DNA from: Candidatus Marinacidobacterales bacterium
Lineage (GTDB): Bacteria > Acidobacteriota > Vicinamibacteria > Marinacidobacterales > DATDRI01
Direction: 5' to 3'
Length of the DNA stretch: 64,000 nt
NCBI GenBank assembly: GCA_965219415.1
Contig: CBDCNP010000002.1
Coordinates: 2,272,001 to 2,336,000, forward strand
Shown here one piece after another: positions 1 to 9,733 of the stretch. The notes beneath the pieces were generated by a model, which made no database searches, was not told the DNA's origin, and saw nothing but the letters and a program-made list of their open reading frames with translations. Position 1 is the stretch's first letter. Each line of letters starts with the position of its first letter. A program made the position numbers and the translations under genes.

Positions 1-304
1 CCCTGGCCGAGAGGAATCGTTCGGACGAGCTCTCATCGAGGCGATGGCCTCCGGTCTGCCGGTCATCGCTGCTGGCGGCGGTGGTGTTGAAGAAGTGATC
101 GAGGACGGCGTCACCGGCGTTATCGTCCGCTCTGCGTCTCCGGAGGTCTGGGTGGAGGCGATCGAGAAACTTCATCGAGACCCGTCGCTCCGACGGAAAA
201 TGGGGGCGGCAGGACGCCGACGGGTGGTGAAACACTTCACCATCGAATCGCACGTGGCCGGCGTCGAGCAAATTTACGAGGAGGTTCTATCTTCATCCCG
301 ATGA
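1..304 (+). CDS. GT4 glycosyltransferase, C-terminal part (truncated by window edge)
   Basis: ESFGRALIEAMASGLPVIA...GG..EVIEDGVTG: GT4 E-x7-E motif. Confidence 0.9.
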   Translation, partial: PGREESFGRALIEAMASGLPVIAAGGGGVEEVIEDGVTGVIVRSASPEVWVEAIEKLHRDPSLRRKMGAAGRRRVVKHFTIESHVAGVEQIYEEVLSSSR

Positions 305-1403
305 GGATCGGCGTGGACGTACGGGAATTGCAGCAGGGGATCCAAGACCGGGATCGGTCGCGTGGTCGAGGCATTCATCACCGAGACGCCGAAAATCGAT
401 CCCCAGGCCAGGCTCTTCCTGTACGCGGACAAGACGACACGTCCCGATCTTCAAGGAGACAGAGTCGAGGTTCGCACACTCGGCCAGCCGGCGCCCCTTT
501 GGTTCGATCAAGTAGCCCTTCCGATGGCGCTCACGAAGGATCGAGTGGACGTTTTCTTCTCGCCCTATTACAAGGCCCCCGTCGCCGCACCATGCCCTTC
601 GGTGGTCACCATCCATGACATACTTTTTTTGAAATTCAGCGGCCAACGCATCAAGAACACTCTCTTCAAACCCTGGGCTAAGTTCATCGCCTCCCGCGTC
701 GCCCGAATCCTCACCGACTCCGATTACTCACGCCGCGACCTCGAGAAGACTCTCGGGTTTGATTCTGCCGACATCGAGGTCATCCCGCTCGGAGTCTCAC
801 CGAGCTTCTCTCCGTCCGCCCGGGCCGGTAGCGAAACACTCGCCGAGACTCTCGGTTTCTCCAAAAACTACATCCTTTCCATCACGAACTTTCTGGCTCA
901 CAAGAACAACGAATGCCTGGTACGTGCCTTCGCCGAACTGGCTCCTCAGGAGCCGGACCTGACCTTGGTGCTAGCCGGGCGTGCGGCGGCTCCCACGGGA
1001 CACCTGACGGCTCTCGTGGAACGACTCGGGCTCGGGGGCCGCGTCTCGATGCCCGGGGCGATCGCCGACGAGGATCTTCCGGCGCTTTACGCGGGGGCCC
1101 GTGTCTTTGCGTTTCCCTCTCTGTAACGAGGGCTTTGGGCTCCCCATCCTCGAAGCCTTCGCCAGTGGAGTCCCGGTGGCCTGTTCTTCGGCCACATCGC
1201 TCCCGGAAGTCGCTTCGGAGGCCGCGTTGCTGCTGGAACCGAAAGATCCCTCGGCTTGGACTGAGGGGCTGAGGCGACTGCAGACCGACGAGCCGTTGCG
1301 AGAGCAGCTCATCGACGCCGGCCTGGCGCGAGCCCGCCAGTTCCCGTGGCGCAATTCGGTGGCGCGCATCCTTTCCGTCCTGGAAAAGGCGAGCGAGAAG
1401 TGA
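301..1403 (+). CDS. GT4 glycosyltransferase with two apparent +1 frameshifts (~345, ~1125)
   Basis: MRIGVDVRE...TGIGR / VVTIHD / FAFPSL-(Y)EGFGLPILEAFASG; ctg-taa-c-gag is one base off ctg-tac-gag. Confidence 0.85.
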
Positions 1404-1580
1404 CGGCCTTTCTATTGGCGATGACCGTCGCCGCGACGCCGAGCTACGCGGACGGAATCTCTCTGCGGACGGCGTTCCACGTACACACGACGTTCAGCGA
1501 CGGCTCCCACAGTCTAGAAGAGCTCGCATCGCGGGCCAGCCAAGAAGGCATCGATGTCATCATCCTATTCGATCACTTAC
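1400..1580 (+). pseudogene. PHP-domain protein, N-terminal fragment
   Basis: HVHTTFSDG...GIDVIILFDH PHP motifs, then abrupt switch to an unrelated gene; GTGA overlap with upstream gene. Confidence 0.7.
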
Positions 1581-1766
1581 GGAAACATCCTTGCTCGTGC
1601 TACTCGCTCTCGGCTTATCTGCCACGCTGACCCCGGTGGCGGCTTGGCTGGCGCGCCGGGTTGGTGCCATTGACGCTCCCGGCGGGAGAAAGGTTCACGA
1701 ACGGCCCACTCCTTTGTTCGGAGGCGCGGCGATTTACGTCGCGTTTATCGTTGCCGTAGTAAGCCT
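1581..1766 (+). pseudogene. MraY/WecA-family polyprenyl-phosphate HexNAc-1-P transferase, N-terminal part
   Basis: LTP..ARRVGAIDAPGGRKVHERPTPLFGGAAIY is the WecA/TagO N-terminal motif. Confidence 0.8.
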
Positions 1767-2368
1767 TCACGTACTCTCATGATGGTGATCAAGATCATGT
1801 CGAAGATCGGAACCGCCATGATCAGCACCGGCACGATCATGTCCTTGGGACTGCCTTCGGCCCAGTCGCCCATCACCGCTAGCGACGCGAGCGTGAAGCC
1901 GAGGAAAGTGGATCCGGAGTCGCCCAGGAAGATCTCCCCACCAGTGTCGCGCCGGTGGGGTTTGTAGTTGTAAGGGAGAAACCCCGCCGCGGCTCCCATA
2001 AGGGAAAAGGAGAGTAACGCTAACCCTGCCTGGTCGGTGGCTACCGCGTAGGCTCCGAGGAAGAACGCATTGATGATCGCCGAGCCTGCGGCTAGGCCGT
2101 CCAAGCCGTCTAGGAAATTGAAGGCGTTGGTGATTCCGACCACCCAAAGAAACGTGAGGAACCATTCGCCGGCGACTCCCCACCCTGTCGGCGGGAGGAA
2201 TGTAAGCACGACGCCGGAGCGAATCAGAGTAATGACCGCGGCGGTTTGAAAGAGGAGCCGCACTGTTGCGGGGACGCCTCTAGTATCCTCCAGGATGCCA
2301 ATCGCGAAAATGAGGCTGGCGGCGAGAACCACACCCCAAAGCTTCGGCGTGAGTCCGGAGCTCAGCAA
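1767..2368 (-). pseudogene. MraY/WecA-family transferase, central part, inverted relative to its N-terminus
   Basis: GILEDTR, ITNAFNFLDGLDGLA, IFLGDSGS motifs. Confidence 0.85.
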
Positions 2369-3210
2369 CTGGAGTCGTGGGGGTACGAGGTCGCATCTGC
2401 CTCGAACGGCCGCGAGGCCATTGAAGTAGCCCGGCAAGAGGCGCCGGACCTTATCCTGATGGACGTGAACATGGAAGAGATGAACGGCCTCGAGGCCTGC
2501 GAGTATCTCAAAGGTGACTTCTCGACTTCGTTTATCCCTGTCATCATGCTAACCAGTCAAGACCAAGTCAACGACAAGATCACCGGCCTCGGAAAAGGGG
2601 CGGACGACTACGTTATCAAGACGGTCGACCCCCCTCGAACTGAAGGCTCGCATCGAGATGGTCATTCGCCGCACCCAAGAGCAATCGAACGCCAACCCGC
2701 TCACCAAGCTACCCGGAAATGTGGTGATCGAACGAATGGTTCAACAGAAGCTCGCGTCCGGCAAGGAATTCTCAGTGTGCTATTGCGACTTGGATAATTT
2801 CAAGGCGTACAACGACAAGTACGGTTACGAGGCTGGCGACCGAGTCATCGGTCATACCGCTGCACTGTTGGTGAAATCAGTACGAGAAAAAGGTAACCCC
2901 GATGACTTCGTGGGGCATATCGGTGGAGACGATTTCGTGGCGGTGACGGATCCCGCTCACGAGGACGCCGTCTGCAGCACGATGATCCAGAGCTTCGACC
3001 AGTCGATCGCCGACTTCTACGATGAAGAAGACAAGATTCGAAAATGCATCCAGGTGGAAAACCGTTCCGGCACCATGGAGCGATTCCCCATCATGAGCAT
3101 CACCGTCGCGGTGGTGAACAACGTCACCGAGCGTGCGAGGAGCTCGCACGAGATCGCGGAACGAGCGGCTGAGCTCAAGAAGTATCTCAAGCGTTTCCAG
3201 GGCAGCAAGC
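2360..3210 (+). pseudogene. Response regulator (REC)-GGDEF protein, clipped at both ends, frameshift in C-run ~2630
   Basis: PDLILMDVNM, PVIMLTS, GADDYVIK; ANPLTKLPGN, DLDNFKAYNDKYG, GHIGGDDF. Confidence 0.85.
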
Positions 3211-3654
3211 GGGACCCGTCTCGAGGTGTTAGAGGGCGCGGTGGACTTTGGTTCTTCCGATAGTAACATCTCGGTAGGCGGCAACTTCGGTTCGCTCGTC
3301 AAGGATGCCGGCAACGCGCCGGCCTCCCCGCACGCGCTTCCGATGGCCCCTTCCCAGTTGTTCACTCCGGCGGAGCGTGAGGTACTCGACGGCGACATCG
3401 CCAGCTATCGTTTCAGCTGGTCCGCAGTCTCCGGCGCCGAGCGCTACCATCTGGAGATCTCTTCGGATGCCGAGTTCAAGCAACTCATGGACGAGACCTG
3501 GGTCAGCGGAACCGATGCCGAGCTCATGAGCCTGAGCATCGATTCGCTCGAGCCTGGTACTTACTTCTGGCGGGTGGCCTCCATCGATGGCGATGGCTAC
3601 GAGAGTGCCTGGTCAAACGATCGGTACTTCGTCTACTCCTTGAAGGTCCAGTAG
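3210..3654 (+). pseudogene. C-terminal part of a FecR-like plus FN3-like domain protein
   Basis: TRLEVLEGAV (FecR end), FSWSAVSGAERYHLEIS, LEPGTYFWRVASID (FN3-like); no N-terminus. Confidence 0.65.
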
Positions 3655-3674
3655 AAGACTCCTTCGTTCACTCC

Positions 3675-3714
3675 AAAGACCCTCACCTCACCCGAGGTGA
3701 GGGTCTTTCTTTTT
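3675..3714. terminator. Intrinsic terminator between convergent genes, probably bidirectional
   Basis: AAAGACCCTCACCTC-ACCC-GAGGTGAGGGTCTTT perfect 15-bp stem followed by a T tract. Confidence 0.85.
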
Positions 3715-3717
3715 GTG

Positions 3718-4644
3718 TTACATGCGCGGGGCGTAATACCCAATACGGCTCCGAACCACGGTATCTTTCCGAGTGCATCGAATCTGAAGACGTCTCCAGG
3801 CGCCATCGGTCTTAGAATTCGTGGATATGTAGCCGATGTTGTATTGGCTCTTGAGCTCGGTGGCAATGCGCTCATAGACTCCCGATAAATCTTTGATTTC
3901 TGTCGGTGCAAACGGGGAACCGCCGGTCTCGCCCGATAACTTCTCGAGCTCGTACTTGGCATCGGAATACTTCTGCTTCTTGAGGTCGTCCTTACTGCCG
4001 CGAAGTGAGATGGTGTAAATGAGAACGTCCGTCTTTCTCGCCAACTGGCGGACGTCCTCGAAGGTCACCAACGACCGCGTGTCGTTTCCATCCGACAAGA
4101 CCACGATGGCCTGTCGTTCGTCGCCCTGCCGACGACGGGACAAGCTGCGGAGCGCGATGTACAAAGCCTCATAGAGTGATGTCGCTCCTTCCGCTCTCGT
4201 CGCCCGGATAGCAACCTCGACCTTCTCGAAATCGGTAGTGAATTCGGCGAGAGTCAGAACACGACTATTGAACTCGATGACCTTGACCTGGTCACGCTCT
4301 TTTAGAGAACGTGCGAAACGCACCGCGGCTTCCTGAGCCATCTCCATCCTTCGCCCCATGCTAGCCGAAGTATCCAGGAGAATAACCATGCGCAGCGGTA
4401 GGTCTTCCTTGGAAAACACTCTGATCTGCTGCGCCACGCCGTCCTCATAAATCGCGAAGTTCTCTTGCCCGAGATCCGTTACCAACCGTTGTTTGTTGTC
4501 GAAAACAGTCACCGAGAGGCTGACCATCTCGACGCTCACCCGAAACTGAGCCGATGGCTTCGTTTCCTGGGCCATTGTTCGTGAGACGACGGAGACGAAC
4601 GCCACAACGAGACAGAACAGAAGAATTCGCAGGACTATTTTCAT
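3718..4644 (-). CDS. Secreted VWA-domain protein (acidobacterial VWFA-related type)
   Basis: Signal peptide; FRVSVEMVSLSVTV, LLDTSASM (MIDAS DxSxS), VVLSDGND, VRSRIGYYAP. Confidence 0.9.
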   Translation of the reverse strand: MKIVLRILLFCLVVAFVSVVSRTMAQETKPSAQFRVSVEMVSLSVTVFDNKQRLVTDLGQENFAIYEDGVAQQIRVFSKEDLPLRMVILLDTSASMGRRMEMAQEAAVRFARSLKERDQVKVIEFNSRVLTLAEFTTDFEKVEVAIRATRAEGATSLYEALYIALRSLSRRRQGDERQAIVVLSDGNDTRSLVTFEDVRQLARKTDVLIYTISLRGSKDDLKKQKYSDAKYELEKLSGETGGSPFAPTEIKDLSGVYERIATELKSQYNIGYISTNSKTDGAWRRLQIRCTRKDTVVRSRIGYYAPRM

Positions 4645-5846
4645 GGGATGCCCACCAGCAACTCTTCTGCCTCCATGATTTCGGCTTCTGCCGCCTTCGT
4701 CTTCTTGTCACCTGCTCCTAGCTCACTGGCGGTCCGCAACCAACCCTTGCCTCGCTGGAGCGCCGCCATCAATTCCGAACGCTCCTCGTCTCCCAGTCCT
4801 CTCCGATTGGCCAGGGCCACCGCCTTGACCCAACGAGCTTCGGCGGTTGCCGCCATGACAGGTAACTCTGCGTCGGTCGGATTCAAGCGTGACCAGAAGG
4901 AAACGACGCGAGCACTATCCTTCAATGCTAACGACCCCGGCTGAGCGGACAAACCCCGCGCTAGTTTCAAACCGTTGTCGGCACTTTGCTGCTCCGAAAA
5001 GACATCCATAACCGGAAGTAACACGGACAACACGAAAGCTATCCCTTTCTCGGACCACCCGCGCTCGAATGCGGCGCGCGCCTCTTCCGGCGATGGCTGC
5101 GAAATACCGACGCGAAGCTCGCCGTGAGCCAAGTGAGTGTATGCGGCCCGGCGCGACTGAAGGGGTGCTCCCTTGGCGACTCCCCACACCCCGACGCGAA
5201 GCTGACCATCCACAATGGCCACATCACCGATGAAGACGGTGTCGCCGGGAGAGAACGAGCGTGGTTCGGTTTGATTCGAGTAAACCATTTGGACTTCTTT
5301 TTTTTCCATGTCCACAACGGCTTCGCTGACTCCCTGAATCTCCCTCTCCCTCCCGAGGGCCCGAACGACTCGGTCCTGCATGAGGGGAACTCGCGGAGCC
5401 GCAAATCGGGCTAGCAGCATGAACTGTAATGCCTCGTCCAGAAGCCTCTCTCTGCTTTCATGGAATAGGAGCCTCTCCTCCGCAATCTCCAACAGAGCGC
5501 CGGAACGAATGGGCATCTCTTCTCCTGCCCGGAGGGTCCGACGATTGACCTGACTGCCGTTCGTGCTTCCCAGGTCCTCGACCACGATCCCCTCGGCGGT
5601 TCTTCGTATCTCCAAATGGCGACGTGACACCAAGGGGTGCGTCAGAACGATCTGAGAATCCCCCAAACGTCCGATGCGCACGACGTCGGCGGTAAGAGGA
5701 TGGAGCCTCAACATCCGGAGCTCCCAGATGTAACCCCAAGGTTTCTCTTGTTGCAGGGGGGCGGCGACCGACGACGATGAGGACGCCACGAAACTCAGGA
5801 GGAGAATCGTCAGCAATATCGATCGCTCGGTGCGCATGGTGGTCAA
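4641..5846 (-). CDS. FHA-domain protein with N-terminal signal peptide or anchor
   Basis: IGR...VSRRH...EDLGSTNGSQVN FHA signature after a hydrophobic N-terminus. Confidence 0.8.
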   Translation of the reverse strand: MTTMRTERSILLTILLLSFVASSSSSVAAPLQQEKPWGYIWELRMLRLHPLTADVVRIGRLGDSQIVLTHPLVSRRHLEIRRTAEGIVVEDLGSTNGSQVNRRTLRAGEEMPIRSGALLEIAEERLLFHESRERLLDEALQFMLLARFAAPRVPLMQDRVVRALGREREIQGVSEAVVDMEKKEVQMVYSNQTEPRSFSPGDTVFIGDVAIVDGQLRVGVWGVAKGAPLQSRRAAYTHLAHGELRVGISQPSPEEARAAFERGWSEKGIAFVLSVLLPVMDVFSEQQSADNGLKLARGLSAQPGSLALKDSARVVSFWSRLNPTDAELPVMAATAEARWVKAVALANRRGLGDEERSELMAALQRGKGWLRTASELGAGDKKTKAAEAEIMEAEELLVGIP

Positions 5847-5848
5847 GA

Positions 5849-6757
5849 TTAGGGCCGCAACCCCTCACTCGTCAAACTTATCCAACCCTTGTCAACGAGA
5901 AACTCCTTGGCAACGTCGGAAGCCCGCCGTCGATCGATGTCGACGGCCCGGTTCATGGATCGCATCGCGGTTTCGTCGATCGCTCCCCCCAACATTTGGA
6001 TCACTTCTCCAAAGGCGGGATGGGCTTCCGCCGTATCCGGCCGGTACACCGGAGCAGCGTAATAGGGTGGAAAGAAACGTTGATCATCTTCCAACACGGT
6101 GAGACCGAATCTTTCGATGAGACCGTCGGTAGAGTTTCCGGCAATGAGGTCCACCTTCTCCTCGACCAACGCTTGGTAAATGAGACCGAGCTCCATGCCG
6201 CGGGGAGGTGTGGCGAAGTCGAGCCCGTAGGCCTTGGTGAATCCCGGATAGCCGTCCTGGCGCTCCAAGAATTCGTGCCCGAAGCCGGTTCGAATGGTCT
6301 CGACGTGATCAACCAGATCGGAGATACGGCTTAGCCCAAGCGTCTCGGCGAGCTCGGACCGCATCGCCATCGCGTACGTATTGTTGAATCCCAAAGGCGG
6401 ACCCCAAGCGAGTCGGTATCGGTCCGAATACTCCGCCTGGACTTTCCGATAGACCTCCTCGGGATCGTGCAGGACCGGTTCTTTCAAGATAGCGGTGAGA
6501 GCGGTTCCGGTGTACTCGATGTAGACATCCATTTGTCCCGACTCGACCGCGGAGTGACAGATGAACGAGCCGCCTAGGTTGAGTCTTCGATCGACGGAGA
6601 GGCCTCGTTCCTCGAGAAGCAGTGCCACGATCTCGCCGAGAATGACCTGCTCGCTGAAATTCTTCGAACCGACGACGATGGCCGATCGCTCGCACGCAAC
6701 GCCTGTAACCCATGTAACGAGCAGCAACAACGCGGAGGCGGCCCCCGACGCTCTCAT
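5849..6757 (-). CDS. Glycine betaine/osmoprotectant ABC transporter substrate-binding protein (OsmF/OpuAC type)
   Basis: VVGSKNFSEQ, EYTGTA, LGFNNTYA, FFPPY; lipobox-like VAC; ATGA overlap at 6754-6757. Confidence 0.9.
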   Translation of the reverse strand: MRASGAASALLLLVTWVTGVACERSAIVVGSKNFSEQVILGEIVALLLEERGLSVDRRLNLGGSFICHSAVESGQMDVYIEYTGTALTAILKEPVLHDPEEVYRKVQAEYSDRYRLAWGPPLGFNNTYAMAMRSELAETLGLSRISDLVDHVETIRTGFGHEFLERQDGYPGFTKAYGLDFATPPRGMELGLIYQALVEEKVDLIAGNSTDGLIERFGLTVLEDDQRFFPPYYAAPVYRPDTAEAHPAFGEVIQMLGGAIDETAMRSMNRAVDIDRRRASDVAKEFLVDKGWISLTSEGLRP

Positions 6758-7389
6758 CGGCTTCTCACCATGACTCTCTCCAGCCATCCGAGCAACCCAT
6801 CCGCAATGATTGCGAGCAGGGCGGCCGGGATGGCGCCGGCCAGGATGAGCCGATTGTCCACCGTCGAAAGGCCCCGGAAGATGAAATCCCCGAGCCCGCC
6901 GGCACCGATCGCCGCCGCGATCGTAGCCAGGCCGACCGAGACCACGGTGGCGATGCGCACGCCCGCCAAGATCGTGGGCAAAGCCAAAGGGATCTCCACG
7001 ATGCGCAGCCTCTGCCAATCGGTCATGCCCATTCCTCGGCCCGCCTCGACAACGGCCGGATCGACGGAAAGAATGCCGGTGTAGGTATTGCGAAGGATAG
7101 GGAGCAACGCATAGAGCACGAGGGCGACGATGGCGGTCCGCGCACCGATCCCACCCAAGAGAGGGATGGGAATGAGGAATCCGAAGAGTGCAAGGCTCGG
7201 AACCGTCTGCATGACGCTGGCAAACCCAATGACCGGTCGGGCAAGGCGAGGCCTGCGCGTCAGCAACAATCCGAGCGGAACGCCCACCGCAACCGCCAGC
7301 CCCGTTGCCACCAGCACGAGAAAGATGTGCTGTGCGGTCATGGTTGCCAGTTCGCTGCGTCGTTCGACGAGAAAGCTCAAGAAATCCAT
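6754..7389 (-). CDS. Osmoprotectant ABC transporter permease
   Basis: QTVPSLAL, EAGRGMGM (EAA loop), IGAGGLG. Confidence 0.92.
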   Translation of the reverse strand: MDFLSFLVERRSELATMTAQHIFLVLVATGLAVAVGVPLGLLLTRRPRLARPVIGFASVMQTVPSLALFGFLIPIPLLGGIGARTAIVALVLYALLPILRNTYTGILSVDPAVVEAGRGMGMTDWQRLRIVEIPLALPTILAGVRIATVVSVGLATIAAAIGAGGLGDFIFRGLSTVDNRLILAGAIPAALLAIIADGLLGWLERVMVRSR

Positions 7390-7391
7390 GG

Positions 7392-8120
7392 CTATTGAAG
7401 GAGCTCCCGTACGAACTCGTCGGCAGGCTGCTCGACGATTTCCTCAGGAGGACCGATCTGTTTGATCTGCCCCTGGTCCATCACCGCGATGCGATCCGCG
7501 AGCCGCAGCGCCTCTTGCACGTCGTGAGTGACGAATACGACCGTTTTGCCCAGCCGCTCTTCCAGCTCCCGGAACTCCCCCTGGAGTCTCCTACGGGTAA
7601 TCGGATCCAACGCTCCAAAGGGCTCGTCCATCAGGAGAAGCGGGGGATCGACAGCAAGAGCCCTTGCCACCCCCACCCTCTGCCTTTGCCCACCCGACAG
7701 TTGTGAGGGCCGCTTCGAGGAAAACTCGTCAGGCTCCAATCCCACCAGCTTCAAGAGCTCATGCGCACGCGCACGGCGCTTGTCCGGTTCCCAACCCTCG
7801 AGCCTCGGAACCAGAGCGACGTTCTCTTCGACATTCAGGTGGGGAAGAAGCCCGACTTCCTGAATCACGTACCCCGCGCGGCGACGCAGTTGGATGCGAT
7901 CCCAGTCCGCGGTTTCCCTTCCGCGAACCATCACCTGCCCCTCATCCGGGTCAATCAAGCGGTTTATCATCCTGAGGCACGTCGTCTTCCCCGAGCCGCT
8001 CGACCCCAACAACACCAGCGTCTCTCCCGGTTCGACGCGAAATGAGACGCTCGAAAGAGCCTGCTGACCGGGGGTGAAAGATTTCGAGACCGAAAGAAAC
8101 TCTACCGCCGCCTCCGTCAA
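7392..8120 (-). CDS. Osmoprotectant ABC transporter ATP-binding protein
   Basis: GSSGSGKT, LSGGQRQR, LLMDEPFGALD; start placed at TTG overlapping upstream stop. Confidence 0.9.
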   Translation of the reverse strand: MTEAAVEFLSVSKSFTPGQQALSSVSFRVEPGETLVLLGSSGSGKTTCLRMINRLIDPDEGQVMVRGRETADWDRIQLRRRAGYVIQEVGLLPHLNVEENVALVPRLEGWEPDKRRARAHELLKLVGLEPDEFSSKRPSQLSGGQRQRVGVARALAVDPPLLLMDEPFGALDPITRRRLQGEFRELEERLGKTVVFVTHDVQEALRLADRIAVMDQGQIKQIGPPEEIVEQPADEFVRELLQ

Positions 8121-8962
8121 TTCGCGGCCTCGGACTTTCCTGCCCTCACCGCGCCCGACAGGCTTGACAACCCATAAAGCGTTGCCGCCAAGAGAACGAT
8201 CAGTGGACCCGTGGGCGCATCGACTCCCCAGGCATTCGAAAGCCAGAAAGATAAGAACAGCCCCGCCGTGGTGCACAACCCGCTCACAAGGACCGCAAGG
8301 ACCATCATCTTCTTCAGATCCACGGACCATTGCTGCGCGATAGCCGCCGGCAGACTGAGCAACGCGATCACCAGGATGACGCCAACCACCCGTATCAAGC
8401 TAACGACCGTCAGAGCGATCAACGCCATGAGAGTCAAGAAAAGACCCTCTACCGGCTCTCCGACCACTTGTGCGAACTCCTCGTCGAACGCAATCGCTCG
8501 AAGTCGGTCGAACAACAGCGCCACCGCCAGAAGAATCACCACATCCACGCCCGCGATCAGATAAAGATACTCTTTCGAGACGAGGACGAGACTGCCAAAT
8601 AAGTAGCTCGTTAAGTCCGGAGCATAGCCCGGCGTCATCGCAATGAAGACCATGCCCAGAGCCATCCCCACCGCCCAGACCATGGCAATGAGGGTGTCCA
8701 ACCCGGAACCGAGCCTTCGATAGGCAAACCCAACACCGAGGCCGGACAGCAACCCGAAACCGAGCGCGCCCATCATGGGATTGAATCCGAAGAAATATCC
8801 CAATCCCACGCCCCCGAAGGCGGCATGCGACAGGCCTCCCGAGATGGACACCATCCTTCTCACCATCACGTAAGTACCGATGATTCCGCCGGCGACGCTG
8901 GCTAGGAGTCCGGCCGCAAGCGCCCGCTGAAAGAAGGGGAAATCGAGGGCGTCCCACATCAT
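8117..8962 (-). CDS. znuB: Zn/Mn ABC transporter permease (ZnuB-like)
   Basis: LSHAAFGG, YLFGS, VGVILVIALL ABC-3 motifs. Confidence 0.85.
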   Translation of the reverse strand: MMWDALDFPFFQRALAAGLLASVAGGIIGTYVMVRRMVSISGGLSHAAFGGVGLGYFFGFNPMMGALGFGLLSGLGVGFAYRRLGSGLDTLIAMVWAVGMALGMVFIAMTPGYAPDLTSYLFGSLVLVSKEYLYLIAGVDVVILLAVALLFDRLRAIAFDEEFAQVVGEPVEGLFLTLMALIALTVVSLIRVVGVILVIALLSLPAAIAQQWSVDLKKMMVLAVLVSGLCTTAGLFLSFWLSNAWGVDAPTGPLIVLLAATLYGLSSLSGAVRAGKSEAAN

Positions 8963-9729
8963 TCTTGATGGTCGTCGAAAACACGGTGGGCGTGCCCATG
9001 CGCCACGAGATCCACCGGACAGCCATAGGCCGCTTCGAACATCTCTTGGGTGATTTCTTTCGAATGATGATAGTAGAGGCGACGGTTCAAACAAGCCACC
9101 GTCTTGACGTAGCGGGAGATGACGCCGACGTCGTGGGAGACGAGGACGAGGGTGACCTCCTGCGCCAGATCCTTCAAGAGCTCGAAGACACTGACACCCA
9201 CCCGAGTATCGAGGCTTGCCGTTGGCTCGTCTAGCAAGAGCAAGAGAGGCTCTACCGCGAGGGCTCGAGCGATCATCACTCGCTGAAGTTCCCCACCGGA
9301 CAACCTTCCGATTTGCCGCCCCGCTTGGTCGGCCATTTCGACTTTGTCGAGAGAGCTCAGGGCAACGTCTCGGTCTCGTTGGCTCGGTTGGCGAAAGAGC
9401 CGGCGCGAACCGATCCGCCCCATGAGAACCACATCAAGAACGTTCACCGGGAAGCCGGCATCGAACCGGGTGTACTGAGGCACGTAGCCGAGTCGCCCGC
9501 GCGCCCTCGCTGGAGACTCTCCGAGGACGCGCACCGACCCGCGATCCGGCGAAAGGAGACGCAAGATCACGCGAAGCAACGTGGTCTTGCCGCTGCCATT
9601 GGGACCAATGAGACCTAGATAGTCTCCTTCGTCCAACCTGAGGTTGACGGCCTCTAAGACCGGTCTCCCCTTGAACGAGAGCCAAACATCTTTGATTTCG
9701 ACGATCGGTTCTTTTATTGCGTCAGGCAT
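8959..9729 (-). CDS. znuC: Zn/Mn ABC transporter ATP-binding protein (ZnuC-like)
   Basis: GPNGSGKT, GYVPQ, LSGGELQR, His-rich C-terminus. Confidence 0.85.
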   Translation of the reverse strand: MPDAIKEPIVEIKDVWLSFKGRPVLEAVNLRLDEGDYLGLIGPNGSGKTTLLRVILRLLSPDRGSVRVLGESPARARGRLGYVPQYTRFDAGFPVNVLDVVLMGRIGSRRLFRQPSQRDRDVALSSLDKVEMADQAGRQIGRLSGGELQRVMIARALAVEPLLLLLDEPTASLDTRVGVSVFELLKDLAQEVTLVLVSHDVGVISRYVKTVACLNRRLYYHHSKEITQEMFEAAYGCPVDLVAHGHAHRVFDDHQE

Positions 9730-9733
9730 TGTT

